From assembly GCF_001194135.2 (NCBI RefSeq), contig NC_068998.1, positions 49,728,376-49,792,375 of the forward strand: a DNA stretch of 64,000 nt, given 5' to 3'. The notes under the pieces are model-generated. The model was given only the letters and a program-made list of their open reading frames with translations. It had not been told where the DNA came from and ran no database searches. The position numbers and the translations under genes were made by a program. Positions 12,715 through 26,575 of the stretch are shown here, piece after piece. The stretch comes from Octopus bimaculoides (Eukaryota). The first letter of the stretch is position 1; each line of letters opens with the position of its first letter.

Positions 12715-15680
12715 GTAAGTTCCTATATTAGAACTCTGTAGAATTTCATAATCCAAAACTTTAGTTATCGATACCTCTTATTTTGTCCTTGTCTTTTTGT
12801 GTGATTCCACATACGGTCAAATATATACATGAAGAAATGGGAACAGGAAAGAAAAGAGAAATAAGGAAAAAAAAAGAACCAAAAAGCAGGGGTGTACTTT
12901 GATTGGGGAATGAAGAATGTCTGGTTATCGTTAAAATGGTCAAATATTTAATGGGAGAGAATAGAAGCGGANNNNNNNNNNNNNNNNNNNNNNNNNNNNN
13001 NNNNNNNNNNNNNNNNNNNNNNNNNNNNNNNNNNNNNNNNNNNNNNNNNNNNNNNNNNNNNNNNNNNNNNNNNNNNNNNNNNNNNNNNNNNNNNNNNNNN
13101 NNNNNNNNNNNNNNNNNNNNNNNNNNNNNNNNNNNNNNNNNNNNNNNNNNNNNNNNNNNNNAATAATATACATATGTATATAATAATGTTAAGGCAGCAA
13201 GGGCGAAAATAACCTAAGTCTAATGCTTAGCCGTTAAGAGAACGAGAACAGTGAAAAAGTTTACAATTAAAAAATATTGCAATACAAATGTATTACTTTC
13301 CAGTAAAATAAAGCCCCATAAGCATTTAGGCGATTGTACTGGTATTGATGAGGCAACATTTGAAATATTGTCTAGGTAAATGCAGCTGATGAAGACTTAT
13401 AAAATGTACGTTGACAAACGTATTTGAAGAGTCTGAAACCAAGGTACTGCATTATCCGATTCTGGGTGTCTATCTAATGTTCTTCCTAGAGGGAAGACAA
13501 TTTTTTCATGTTTGGTGCACTCACACATCTTTGCCAGTATATACGCAGTGAAGCTTTGTAATTGTATCAACTGCTATTTGCAGTAAATATTGGTGACTAG
13601 TATCACTATTCTGTATTTATATTTATACAATATATATATATATATATATACTTCAAAATAAGCATCGCTATCACACACTGTCATTTACTTCAATATCGTA
13701 CGAATATATGTCTGACAATGGTGAACTATCACATTTCTTAGAACCATTCGCAAATCGTAGTCGGAAATGGATTCCTGCAGCAGAAAAATGTGTCAAAGAG
13801 AACGCCATCCGATGTATTCAAACATGGAAACGTGAAAGTGATAATGATGTTCATAATGCTAGCTCTATATATTTTGTCAAATCCTTAACTTTATATTGAT
13901 ATGCTTAAGAATGATTGCGTTGAGCTCCCCACGTAAATATTCTTTACTACTCTTGGCACAAGGTCCGAAATTTTGGGGGATGGAGCCAGTCGATTATATC
14001 GAACTCAGTACGCAAATGGCATTTAATTTACCGACCACGAAAGAATGAAAGGAAAAGTCGATGTTGGTGAAATATGAACTCATAACCTAAAGACATACGA
14101 AATATCACTAAGCATTTCGCCCGGTGTGCTAACGTTTCTTATTTCTTTACTGCTCACAAGGGGCTACACATAGAAGGGACAAACAAGGACCGATAAACGT
14201 ATTAAGTCGATTACATCGACCTCAGTGCGTAACTGGTACTTATTTAATCGACCCCGAAAAGTTGAAAGGCAAAGTCGACCTCGGCGGAATTTGAACTCAG
14301 ACCGTAACGGCAGACGAAATACCGCTGAGCATTTCACCCGGCCAGCTCGCCGCCTATCCCCACGTATATAATGTATATAATGGAAATGCAGTATGTTTCC
14401 TGAGTGTAGTCAGTTTTGTATATTTAATAGATTATGATTGCAATTATTCGAATGGAAGCTAAAATGATAATTAATGAATAATTTATTGTATATATTGATA
14501 TCTATCAAAGCATGAAACGTTATTTTTATTATAACCAATCTGCATGAATAACATTTCACACGAACAGTCTGAAAAGGGGCACAAATGCTAAAGAAATATA
14601 AAGATACATTCTAATTTTGTACTCGCTATATTAGATAAGACACCTTACTCCATATTTTAGATGCTAATTTAATCGAGATTCTTAGAATAACAATTCCACA
14701 TATTTGTTTAATATTTTTTGCACAAAGGCCAGCAATTTCAGAAGATGAAGTGCAGTGATAAAATGCAACATCTGCTATCTGCTTCAGCACGCAGAACATA
14801 AAGACGGATGCGATTCCGCTAATATATTTTGCCGGGCGTGCTAAAAATTAAGCAAGGTAGCAGCGTTAACAATTCCAAATACCGATTCAATATTTGGGGC
14901 TAAGGCCAACAGTTTAGTGCGAGGTATTAATCGATTCCATTGATCCCAATGAACTACTGGTAAATATTTTATTGAACATGAATGGATGAAAAGCAAAATC
15001 CAACTCCGCAGAACATATAGTTTAAGGAAATGCTGACTGTCCAGATATTATAACATTTAAGGGTTACATTTTAGAAAATATTCTTCCGAAAATATGATTA
15101 AGAATGTACGTATAATATTCGATTCCAATTGGAATTTCAACACACATAAGGCAGCAAAGAATCAATGACAGTAAATATATCTGCCAATATATGAGTTTTG
15201 GCCAGAAATGAATATCTCAGTAAAGGGTGTTATTTAAAATATATGTTATTCAATATCATGCATATCCTTTGAAAATTAAATTTATTTTCGTTTTTAAGTT
15301 TCAGGTGCGATGGTTCGATATTGCCCAGATCAGGCAGAATTGTTATGCACTTTTCCCAAACATTTGTTTATAGATTTGAATCACGATAGTGAGTTTTGCA
15401 GGTATGTATCTTGGCACATCTACTATACCTTCTACACTCAATAATTAAGCATAGATTACTTTGCAATGTTCTTGGCTTTCTTTTCTTCTTCTGTCTATGT
15501 ATTAGACTCTCGGCGCATGTCTGCCTTTTTCTATCGTCATATTTATATCACCCATTTACTCGTACTGATTTCAAATTTTATCATGGTCGAGTTTGCCTCA
15601 CATCATTTCGGGGTCAATAAAATAAGTACCATGTGAGCAGTGGTGTCAATGCAATCGACTGCTTTCCCAGGACGGCAGAA

Positions 15681-15739
<59 letters not shown>

Positions 15740-16715
15740 GAGAGAGAGAGAGGTAGAGAGAGAGGTAGAGAGAGAGGTAGAGAGAGAGGTAGAGAGAGGT
15801 AGAGAGAGAGGGTGGGGAGAGAGAGAAATCGAAAGCAAATAGCTTTTGTTAAATTCCGTTCGCATCTCGGATAAAATATCACTGTATTTGAATTGAAATG
15901 TTCCTTCTGCACTACACAAATGAAAGTATCTAAACTTACATGACACAGCTTGATCAAACAACTAAAAATAGGTGATTTCCAACATTGTATACTAATACGT
16001 CTTGAGATGAATAAACCATGTATGTGATTAATATTTTCAGTAAAGTTTGATTTCTGATTGCCTTGCAGTAAATTTCAAAATAAGGCTGAATGTTTGATGA
16101 ATATGAAAGATTACTGTCCTGGAGTATACAAGAACTACTTTTATCATAAATGTATTGTAAGAAAACATTTTATTGTGATTATTAGCAATCTACTGTATTG
16201 TTTAATTATATTTATGTTACCTGTTCGTCATGTATACTATCGTACACTATATCTTACATTGACGCGCTTATTGAAATCATTTTATAAATTGCGCATTTAA
16301 AAGTCACTTTTATTTCTTCATTATACACGAAAATATACGTATGTGACGTATATTCAAGAGAATATACAATCTAATTTTGTAACATATCAAAGAGAAAATA
16401 GTCATTGTTTATAACAGAAGATGGAAAACTCTTTTCAGCCTATTTTTACGTACCTTTTAAAGATCAAAATTGTAGTCATTGATGCAGCATGCCAAAACAT
16501 ATTAAACTGTTGAAACATTCCTGTCACAACATGGGACCTTGAAGACTGCTAAAATGCAAGAAAGTGTACTAGTCTTTTGATATTTAATATTCAATATTTC
16601 ATCTATTCAATAAGACAATCAATACTTCATTTCATTTTACTATATATTCTATATCCTACATTAATATCATAAGAATATAAATAAAACATAAAAAAACAGA
16701 GTTGGAACTCTTTTG

Positions 16716-16780
<65 letters not shown>

Positions 16781-17810
16781 GAACGGCTGAGAGAAAGTGG
16801 GAGATAAAGAGAGGGAGAAATATTATGTAGAGTATCTTTTGGAATACTTCTATCTCAGGAATTAACGTCTTACTTTCAGAATTCCCATGAGTTAAAAAAA
16901 CTTGAAGCCTCAACCACCCGAAACATGGTCCGTAATGCCGTTACGTCTAATTATTTACTATCACAATACACGCTTACCTACAAAATATTTAAATTGCTAC
17001 ATTGGCAATAACTATTGCGTTGCAGTAGAGTGCCACACTATCAGTTGACTTACAGTAATTTTTATATTACGTAATTATCATTCTTTTAAAAGTAACACTA
17101 TTATTTTTTCAAAATCAATAGGATATAGTACAATACATGGGATACCTCCATGATATTTGCCCATCATTCAATGTAGGGCTATTTTCATTGCAATATCTCT
17201 TTTGCATTTATTTTATATTCTATGAATAATATATCACTTGCACAATAGCAATACAGTTCCATTATTATAATACTAAATAAGGCTGTGAACTGTTAGTATT
17301 GTTAGCGCGTGGGACGAAATTCGTAGCGGTATTTCGCCTACCGCTACGTCTTCAGTTCAAATTCCGCCGAGGTCGAGTTTGCTTTTTATCCTTTCGGCGT
17401 CGACAAATTAAGTACCAGTAAAACACTGGGTTGCTGTAATGGACTAGGCCACCTGCCCCAAATTTCAGGCAATGTGATTATAGTAAAACGAATTATTACA
17501 ATAGTAAATAATACTCTTGTAATTTGAATATGGTAGGACAGTGAAGTCACTATTACTTGTAACAAATATTATATAGAGTCTCATATAATTATTAAGATAA
17601 AATGAAAAATGTCTAATGAGACATCACTGTTATACACATGTTGATATATATTCAACCATTAATGCAGAAATATTTGTTGTAAAATAAGCAAAACAGTTTA
17701 CATGAATGTCTCTGAAAATGCAGTCGTTTGAATAACACGTCTTCTATTTCTTGTTACAGGTCAGAATGGATCTATTATTTTCTGCAGTACTCCTTTATAA
17801 ATTGATATAA
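12678..17810 (+). CDS. Gene C: join(12678..12714,15305..15401,16069..16156,16880..16927,17760..17810). MKIYIYISLLSVGAMVRYCPDQAELLCTFPKHLFIDLNHDSEFCSKFQNKAECLMNMKDYCPGVYKNYFYHKCINSHELKKLEASTTRNMVRMDLLFSAVLLYKLI*
   Basis: Open spliced frame, canonical sites, family Cys spacing C-x7-C-x16-C-x8-C-x7-C-x11-C. Confidence 0.85.
13945..14355 (-). mobile_element. Two tandem family-1 SINE copies
   Basis: Reverse complement of the 3105 element (gtcgacctcggcggaatttgaactcag). Confidence 0.8.
15305..15401 (+). CDS. Gene C exon 2
   Basis: tttcag|GT GCG ATG...TTT TGC AG|gtatgt; 97 nt. Confidence 0.85.
15678..15825. repeat. (AG)n / (AGAGAGAGGT)n compound microsatellite
   Basis: Direct observation; source of the SL-repeat ORFs. 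Confidence 0.95.
16069..16156 (+). CDS. Gene C exon 3
   Basis: ccttgcag|T AAA...AAA TGT ATT|gtaaga; 88 nt; lies within track ORF 16058..16300. Confidence 0.85.
16880..16927 (+). CDS. Gene C stalk exon NSHELKKLEASTTRNM
   Basis: tactttcag|48 nt|gtccgt; downstream intron homologous to A and B stalk-exon introns. Confidence 0.7.
17290..17490 (+). mobile_element. Family-1 SINE
   Basis: gttcaaattccgccgaggtcg core. Confidence 0.75.
17760..17810 (+). CDS. Gene C last exon VRMDLLFSAVLLYKLI*
   Basis: ttgttacag|GTC; AATAAA at and after the stop. Confidence 0.8.
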   Translation, partial: VRMDLLFSAVLLYKLI

Positions 17811-18828
17811 TAAAATATTTAAATAAATACACATTTAAATAATTCTTCTGCTACACGTCGGGGTGCTTTTTTTTCTTTCTTTGACAACGAAGTATTGTAT
17901 GTAAGAAATATGTATTTTGTTTGAATATTGGTTTAAACAGAATGGTTTGTTGTATAGTCCTTCATTAATTCAAGTAGATTTTATTATTTGATATGAATTG
18001 CATTGGATTTTAAGTGATCACATTTTCCATTCCGTATTTATACGTACATACATTCATGCACACAATCATGCACGAAACGCCCCCATGCAAACAAATACAC
18101 AACACGCTCCTATACATAAACATATACATGTATGAATATATGAATTTATGTACAAATATATGTATATTTTACATGTAAGTAGTTGTGTCAGCATATGTAA
18201 ATGTGCTAACTTTGTTGCAATACTTTTATCGACGTGTTGTAAAGAAAATAGGTCGTTTGCAAACATGATACTGCACAACCGCACACATATACGAGGCGAA
18301 TTCCATCAGTTTTGAGAGAGATCTTAATTTCAAAGCACTTTAAACACGTTCTGCTTGCAATGCACTTACCTATTTCCACGAGAGAACAATAATGTCGAGA
18401 TTACTCTCCCAAAGTGTTATGTATCGTAGACTGGAAAAATGATTCATCGCCGATCCATTTCGAAATATTTATATTTGTTTAACGTTTCAATATTTTCTTA
18501 ATTATGCTTGTGTTGCAGCCAATTAAAAGCCAATGCACCTTATTAGTTTAAATCAGACAGACAATGCAATTCATTTTTCAGTTTGCTCTATATCATATAT
18601 ATATATCATATATATATATATATATATACGGTGGGGTGCAAAAGTAGGTGTAAAGTTTTTTCTTAATATTAATGATATAATACTAAATTCATTAAAATTC
18701 TTAGCACAGCCTCATTTTAGATGGTCTCATTAATCATAATAATACATTTATCGTAACTATATTAATAGTTCAGCAAATGAGTATTGTATGTGCTTTCTTT
18801 TTATGTAACTGTGTATCTACTTTCGCTC

Positions 18829-18868
<40 letters not shown>

Positions 18869-19999
18869 NNNNNNNNNNNNNNNNNNNNNNNNNNNNNNNN
18901 NNNNNNNNNNNNNNNNNNNNNNNNNNNNNNNNNNNNNNNNNNNNNNNNNNNNNNNNNNNNNNNNNNNNNNNNNNNNNNNNNNNNNNNNNNNNNNNNNNNN
19001 NNNNNNNNNNNNNNNNNNNNNNNNNNNNNNNNNNNNNNNNNNNNNNNNNNNNNNNNNNNNNNNNNNNNNNNNNNNNNNNNNNNNNNNNNNNNNNNNNNNN
19101 NNNNNNNNNNNNNNNNNNNNNNNNNNNNNNNNNNNNNNNNNNNNNNNNNNNNNNNNNNNNNNNNNNNNNNNNNNNNNNNNNNNNNNNNNNNNNNNNNNNN
19201 NNNNNNNNNNNNNNNNNNNNNNNNNNNNNNNNNNNNNNNNNNNNNNNNNNNNNNNNNNNNNNNNNNNNNNNNNNNNNNNNNNNNNNNNNNNNNNNNNNNN
19301 NNNNNNNNNNNNNNNNNNNNNNNNNNNNNNNNNNNNNNNNNNNNNNNNNNNNNNNNNNNNNNNNNNNNNNNNNNNNNNNNNNNNNNNNNNNNNNNNNNNN
19401 NNNNNNNNNNNNNNNNNNNNNNNNNNNNNNNNNNNNNNNNNNNNNNNNNNNNNNNNNNNNNNNNNNNNNNNNNNNNNNNNNNNNNNNNNNNNNNNNNNNN
19501 NNNNNNNNNNNNNNNNNNNNNNNNNNNNNNNNNNNNNNNNNNNNNNNNNNNNNNNNNNNNNNNNNNNNNNNNNNNNNNNNNNNNNNNNNNNNNNNNNNNN
19601 NNNNNNNNNNNNNNNNNNNNNNNNNNNNNNNNNNNNNNNNNNNNNNNNNNNNNNNNNNNNNNNNNNNNTATATATATATATATATATATCTTTATATGTA
19701 AATCTATATCTATCAGTCTGAGTAACGCACTTCTTGTCCCGGCTGAGGAGGTGAATATCGATCCGGGGTGAGTTTTAGATTGTCATTAAGGCTTTGACAC
19801 TGAAAATAGGAGACGGGTCTGTTTGCTTAGAGTTAGCATTTTGACCTGAGACTGCTTCTTTGTTCTTCGAATGAATATATTTATCATATCGTAGACTGAT
19901 AGATCTAAAATCATATTTACTTTTTCGGTAGCTATGTTTCCCGGCATAACCGTTTAATTATGTTTTAAACTGAGTAACTAATTTGCCCCTTTATTTATT

Positions 20000-20371
20000 T
20001 AGTTATTTATTTATTTATTTATTTATTTGTGTGAAGTTCCTTTAATTTTCCGTCTGCATACATGTCTGTCGTGTCGGCTTTATTTCTGTTGCTCATAAAT
20101 ATTAACACGTGTACATGGATGCGTCGACATTTGGGTAACTATTCCGATTATGTACTTACTGTGTAAGGGGTGTTTTTCCAGGTTACCTGGTACTGGTTTC
20201 GATTTCTCAAGTATTTAAGAAAGTACCCTTCACATGACAAAACTCGTTTTTTTAGTTCCTCTGTTTTAATAGAAATTTTCCCAAAGTCGTTTTGTGAAGT
20301 TTTTGTTCCATCTCACCAATATTATTTGTTTGAGTTCGTTTTGTGGAGAATTCTTCTTAGTGTACCGTCAA

Positions 20372-20429
<58 letters not shown>

Positions 20430-20850
20430 GTTATTGGTATTATTATTGTTGTTGTTGTTATTTGAGGTATTCTAGCTCGTTTCGTCTTAACATTTGAGAG
20501 TTTCAAGCAGTATTCTACATCACCGGCTACGCGTACCTCTTTCTGAAATCTTTACAGCATTGTGTTTTCCTTTTTTTCTTCTTCTTTTGTAGTTGTGGGG
20601 CCGGCACAAACTCTTGCAGGTATTGTATTGCATCAGTTTGTTTTGTGATGCGATTTCAATGCAGTCCTGTGTGTAATTAGTGTTTTGGGGGTATTATGTG
20701 TGTTGTGCGTGTAATGGGAGTAGTGTTCTTCTTTTGGCTATGAAGTCTGAAAATTAATTGTTCCTGGGTTGAAGAAGAAGAAGAAGAAGAAGAAGAAGAA
20801 GAAGAAGAAGAAGAAGAAGAAGAAGAAGAAGAAGAAGAAGAAGAAATAGT
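20000..20850 (-). mobile_element. R4/Dong-like non-LTR retrotransposon fragment interrupted by (TTA)n and (GAA)n
   Basis: Minus-strand fragments resemble the C-terminal part of the element at 62490-63720; microsatellite-flanked. Confidence 0.45.
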
Positions 20851-20991
20851 CTCTGTTATAAGATTGCGCCTGAAATAGTAAGAAATGTTTTTAGTAATAT
20901 TCGTATTTCAGGATATTATAAATTTTGGTTTAGTATGAAATTAAAAACACAAAATAAGACCTAAATGCAGGTTCAGCGATGTAATCTTTAT

Positions 20992-21051
20992 TTATAAATA
21001 TCTCATTAAGTAACTTGAAGCTGCAATAGACAAGAGAAGTTCCGTCATGCC
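20992..21051 (-). CDS. Gene D last exon GMTELLLSIAASSYLMRYL*
   Basis: tttttctttacag|GGC; AATAAA overlaps the stop. Confidence 0.8.
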   Translation of the reverse strand, partial: GMTELLLSIAASSYLMRYL

Positions 21052-23944
21052 CTGTAAAGAAAAATAAATACAAACACTAATGAAACAAATTTTTCGGTGA
21101 AAGTTTAGCTGAAAGTTGATTATTTAATTTGCTCGATATGTCTCAGGATTTACCAGCCTTGTTACAGATATAATTGATTGTGTATAACACTGATATCTAG
21201 TTACTATTTTCGAAAGATATTAATGCTGGACAAAATGACCTCAGTCGGTAAAGACGGACATACTGCTTTTGGCGTTTTGTCCGTATTTACAATTTGAGTT
21301 ACAATTTCACAGTGGTCAACTTTGCATTCCGTCCAACTGATGTCGATGAAATAAATACGCTTTGAACACTGGGAGTCGATGTAATCGATATACTTATCTA
21401 CCGAACTTGCCGCCCTTGTGTCAAAATTTGAAATCAATAAATTTAATGAACTTCTGTATTTACGTTCTGTTACAATTATATAATGATATTCTACTGATAC
21501 AATTATAACTCTGTTGTGTATTATGATATTATAACGTAGTGTCGGCACGTCTGCGAAATAAAAAAATAACCTATTGGTGCATAACATTTAGAACTTTCTT
21601 AACTGTGAATATTGCATAAATATTCCTTCATTCATACTTCTCTGTCCCTGAATATAGCTATAGCATTCGTGAAGTGGATATATTCTAAAACGTAATTCAT
21701 GAAATTGCGAATGTCACATGGATATAATTTTTCTCGAATTCTACTTAAATATCACAAAACGTGTTAATGTAGTATTTCTATATTCACATTGACGATGATT
21801 TCCGGTGACATAATACAATGTTATTGGGAAGATATTAAATTTTGGTGATGTAATTTGGCATAATGTATAGATTTTACTCACCTTTTTCTGGGCAGTTCCA
21901 CCGTTTTGACTCTGAAAGCAAGTGGTAAAAGAGTATATATATATATATATACGTGCATATATGACATAAAATCATGACAATTTTTTCTATTTCTCTGCAA
22001 AACAAGCTTAAAAGATTTTCTTACTAGGAATGTATACATCACTTGACCAATTATGGATGAAAAGCGGCTATGCATTTCATATACTTGACACATCCAGTAA
22101 TTTAAGAGAAGTGGAGCTCCTTCTTCACATTTTATGTGTATTTTACTCTTTATGTAATATAGTTGAAATTGATTTTGCTAACTATTCAGACATGAGATGA
22201 AATTTCCGCACATACATTTCTACATAGTATTATCAGCATATAGACTTCTACTAATCCCTCCTTCCATGCTTTAGACTCAAAGAGACCGAAGGCACGTATT
22301 CGAAGAACAGTGAAAGATGCAGCTACATCAAATGCCGTAGAACATAAATCTTTCATTTATTAAAAGTTTCTTTCCCCACGGAGGATGTTTAAGAACCACA
22401 AAATAGAATTTATTAACAATATCTACGTGCGAATGGGAAAAACTATATTAAAAGGAATACTCTAATTTGGATATGCCCTTAAAAAAACGGCCCACTTAGA
22501 ATCTAGAAGTATGCCGACCGACGTATTTACATGTTTCTGCTTCAACCAGCACCGCAAAAACCAAGTTATACACTGCGGGTGCGTAGATATTTCTCAAATC
22601 GCATCAATCACTGGATTGTATCATGTAATAAGAATCGCATTTCAAGTGACAAGCATTATTAACTATTTCCAAGCTCCGACTTGATGAGATACGAAATTAA
22701 ATTAGGAAATCTCTGACGTTCTATAAATTTCGTTCATTCTTTTCCTCCCTAGGTTTACTATAGAAATAGTTGAGTTTTACACAACAATGTAGGCAGGTCC
22801 AGACAATTGCCTACAAGAGTAGCTAATGATAAAATAAAGCATCAAAATGAAATACGGCAAAATACTGAACGACAAGTTATTACTTTAGACAACAATATAT
22901 AAATAATGAATATATCTTACAGCACACGCTTTGAGAAGGTAGTTATCATAAAATTTAGCACAGTCGTGAGTTGTATCATAAAAACACTTAGAATCATTCT
23001 TAAGTATACTGCAAAACAATCGAAATACAGGAATTATACACAAAATTGAACACGTATGGGGTGCATGATAGATATTTCGAAACATGTTTAGGAAAGGCAG
23101 TTACAACAAACATAGAATATTTTAATGTTTGTATAAAATCTGTTTCAATATGATAAGCATATCTGACAACATTTGTTATTCTGTATTGAAGGTGACGGCT
23201 GTAATTAGATTTTAAACTCATCACATGAGTAAACGCTGCTTGTTACAGCTGACAAGTTTACAGAATGCAGCCGAGATCTGCACACAGTTTGGAGGCTCAC
23301 TATAGAAAAGTGCTGGGTTACACTGGGCGAACACTATGCAGAAACATGTTAAAAGCTTCTATCTTTAGCGATTATCTGTTTCTTGTCTCCACAAGAATCA
23401 AGGTAAAACTAGCGGCATCATGTACAACCACTGAGTTTCATTTGGGCAGATGGTCACGAAAGAGTAATCTGCACAGGTTTTAGGTGTGTTCGGTGTGAGA
23501 CTTCTATGTTAAAGGCCAGAATATTTTCATCAGACCAGTGCACCAATCTAGATGTTCTACCTCGTAACCAACTTCTTATCTCACATGGGCACGAAAACTG
23601 TCACTCCCCCTACCTGCCAAGTAGATCTTGCCCCCTGTGGTATTTAGTTGTTCTCAAGATGGATTTTAAATGATAAAGGAGACCTGAAAAGGCTCATGGA
23701 CACTGTCAATTTCTAGTGCTCCCGTGGAGAATTCACGCAGAGTTTGGATAAAAATGTATTACTTATTTTGTAGTTTCTATCATTTTAAAAACTTCTTTTA
23801 AATTTAGGTTACATCTATTTTATAGATCTAACAAATGAGTTTGAGTATGAAATATCGATTTAAAAGATGAATGATAATATCACACACGCATATACGCACA
23901 AAAAATGCACGCGCGCACATATATATGCATAAATGTATGCATAC

Positions 23945-24010
<66 letters not shown>

Positions 24011-24038
24011 CATCATTATAAAAATAATAATAATAATA

Positions 24039-24071
<33 letters not shown>

Positions 24072-25100
24072 TTATGTTTGACTTTTGTTTTGACTATTAT
24101 TATTTCGTAGATCTATTAGAATCATTTTATTAAGTAATATGAGACTAAAGATTTATATAATAACATCTCTTATAATCAGGTTAAATTATATTCCATTATA
24201 ATCTAATTCTAAAGTAGCTATAATTAACTTAAATTGGTAACCGTTCTNNNNNNNNNNNNNNNNNNNNNNNNNNNNNNNNNNNNNNNNNNNNNNNNNNNNN
24301 NNNNNNNNNNNNNNNNNNNNNNNNNNNNNNNNNNNNNNNNNNNNNNNNNNNNNNNNNNNNNNNNNNNNNNNNNNNNNNNNNNNNNNNNNNNNNNNNNNNN
24401 NNNNNNNNNNNNNNNNNNNNNNNNNNNNNNNNNNNNNNNNNNTATATATATATGTATGTATATATGTCTATATATATGTGTTGTGTATTGCTATCTTTAT
24501 ATATGCATATGCATCTATGTATACATGTATGAGCATATGTCTGTAGGTATATTATACATACATATGAGTGAGGGTGTATGTGTGTGTATGATAAACATTT
24601 GTATTCTTGTGATAAAATAATTGTAGTTTAGGAAAAGAGTAATTATGATAATGATATTTAAATGATAAGGAAGTTTTAAAGTAATGCTATTTTATATTGA
24701 ATGATTTTAAATATAATTATATTGACTTATATCAAATGCTTAACTAGAGCGTATTCTATATATTATATATTTCTATTGTCATAATCTGAAAGCATGGAAT
24801 TATAAACATATTGATTTAAAGAGAATTAATTCCCTAGAAAATAAGATATTCGTATATACTATTATGATATTATCTTTTAGAAACTTTCTTTGTGATATAA
24901 ACTACGTAATTTTCAATTATTGCAATGCTAAGTATGTACAAAGACATTTATTGTAAACGATATTCGGCCGAAATGTTATGGGGTTTTAGAAATTGAAAAG
25001 CAAACTATGTTAAAGTGTTACCTAGTGTAATTGGACTTTAGGTCACAGAACATTCACTAAAGTAGCACCTAAATATGTATGTATAGGCATACGTGTACAG

Positions 25101-25141
<41 letters not shown>

Positions 25142-26531
25142 NNNNNNNNNNNNNNNNNNNNNNNNNNNNNNNNNNNNNNNNNNNNNNNNNNNNNNNNNNN
25201 NNNNNNNNNNNNNNNNNNNNNNNNNNNNNNNNNNNNNNNNNNNNNNNNNNNNNNNNNNNNNNNNNNNNNNNNNNNNNNNNNNNNNNNNNNNNNNNNNNNN
25301 NNNNNNNNNNNNNNNNNNNNNNNNNNNNNNNNNNNNNNNNNNNNNNNNNNNNNNNNNNNNNNNNNNNNNNNNCGTGTGCGTATGTGGGTGTGTGTGCGTG
25401 CGCGTGTGTGTGTGTATTTGCGCTTTCCCTTCTTTTGTGAGACGAGTGAGAGAGAGAGAGAGAAAGTCGAGCAGATTCGACAGATATATAATGACGGGAG
25501 AAATAAGTAGAATTAAGTAGCATTAATATTTCGTATTATAAATACTTAGCATAGTATTAAAAGTAGTCGTGCGAATATATATACCGGCAAAGATATTCTT
25601 GTTGGGGAATCGCTTTGAAAATCCAGTGGGGATAATTACATGTTTTTTCAAACTGATGAGGACAAGAATCTTTCATCTCCACACCTAATTTAAAAAACAA
25701 AAGCAAAAAATATAAGATAAGATTTAAAAAAAAATTATGCCAGTAAATGTCAAAATTAAATGTGTTTTATTATGACGTATGCAAATGAAGAAATAGTCAC
25801 TGGTACGTTTTCAATTATAGATTTGCTTAAGCATGTATATTCAAATACATTTGCATGAATATTTAGATACCAAATTGTCTGTTGCAAGTACTTCACAGCC
25901 TAAAATGGAAATTCTTTCATTATCTGACATTGTTGCGTCTCAATAATTAAAATATATATTTTTTTATATCTTAAGAATTAGAGAGATGTGAAAAAATTAG
26001 TTTATGACATTATATCACAGTACATGAATTTATAAATAATCCTATCTACTACAGGACAAGGTCTGAACTTTAGTGGGATGGAATTATACCGACCCCAGTG
26101 TTTCTCTAGTACTTAATTTATCATGTCAAAAAATGTAAAGAAAATTCGACCACGGTAGAAATTGAACTCAGAAAAAGCGACGGGCGAAACGCTGCTACAC
26201 ATTTTGCCCAGCGGGTTTAGGATACTTTGAGTACGCCGCCTTAATGTGTTTCCGACCAAAAACAACATAGCATCGCTTCCACACCCCACTATTTACAAGA
26301 TTTAACACCTGCGATTTCCATCGCTTCTCAAAAAAAAAAGTAGCTCAGTGGTCACCATTTTCATGGCGTTGACCAGGGCGAATCGCATAAGGCCGTCGAC
26401 TAGCTTCTGGATAACGACTTCCAGACCGGATTTGAAATGTAGAAGAAACGCTGGGATCGTATGTATGAGCAAATAAGTCAACTTCTGTTACACAGATGTA
26501 GTCCAGGAACTGTTGTATACCACCTCGTACA

Positions 26532-26575
<44 letters not shown>

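Noticed and set aside
16418-16471. Possible extra stalk exon in gene C at the position of B exon 10333
   Set aside because: No in-frame strong donor (32 nt to gtacct, or 54 nt to a weak gtagtc); not included in the model.
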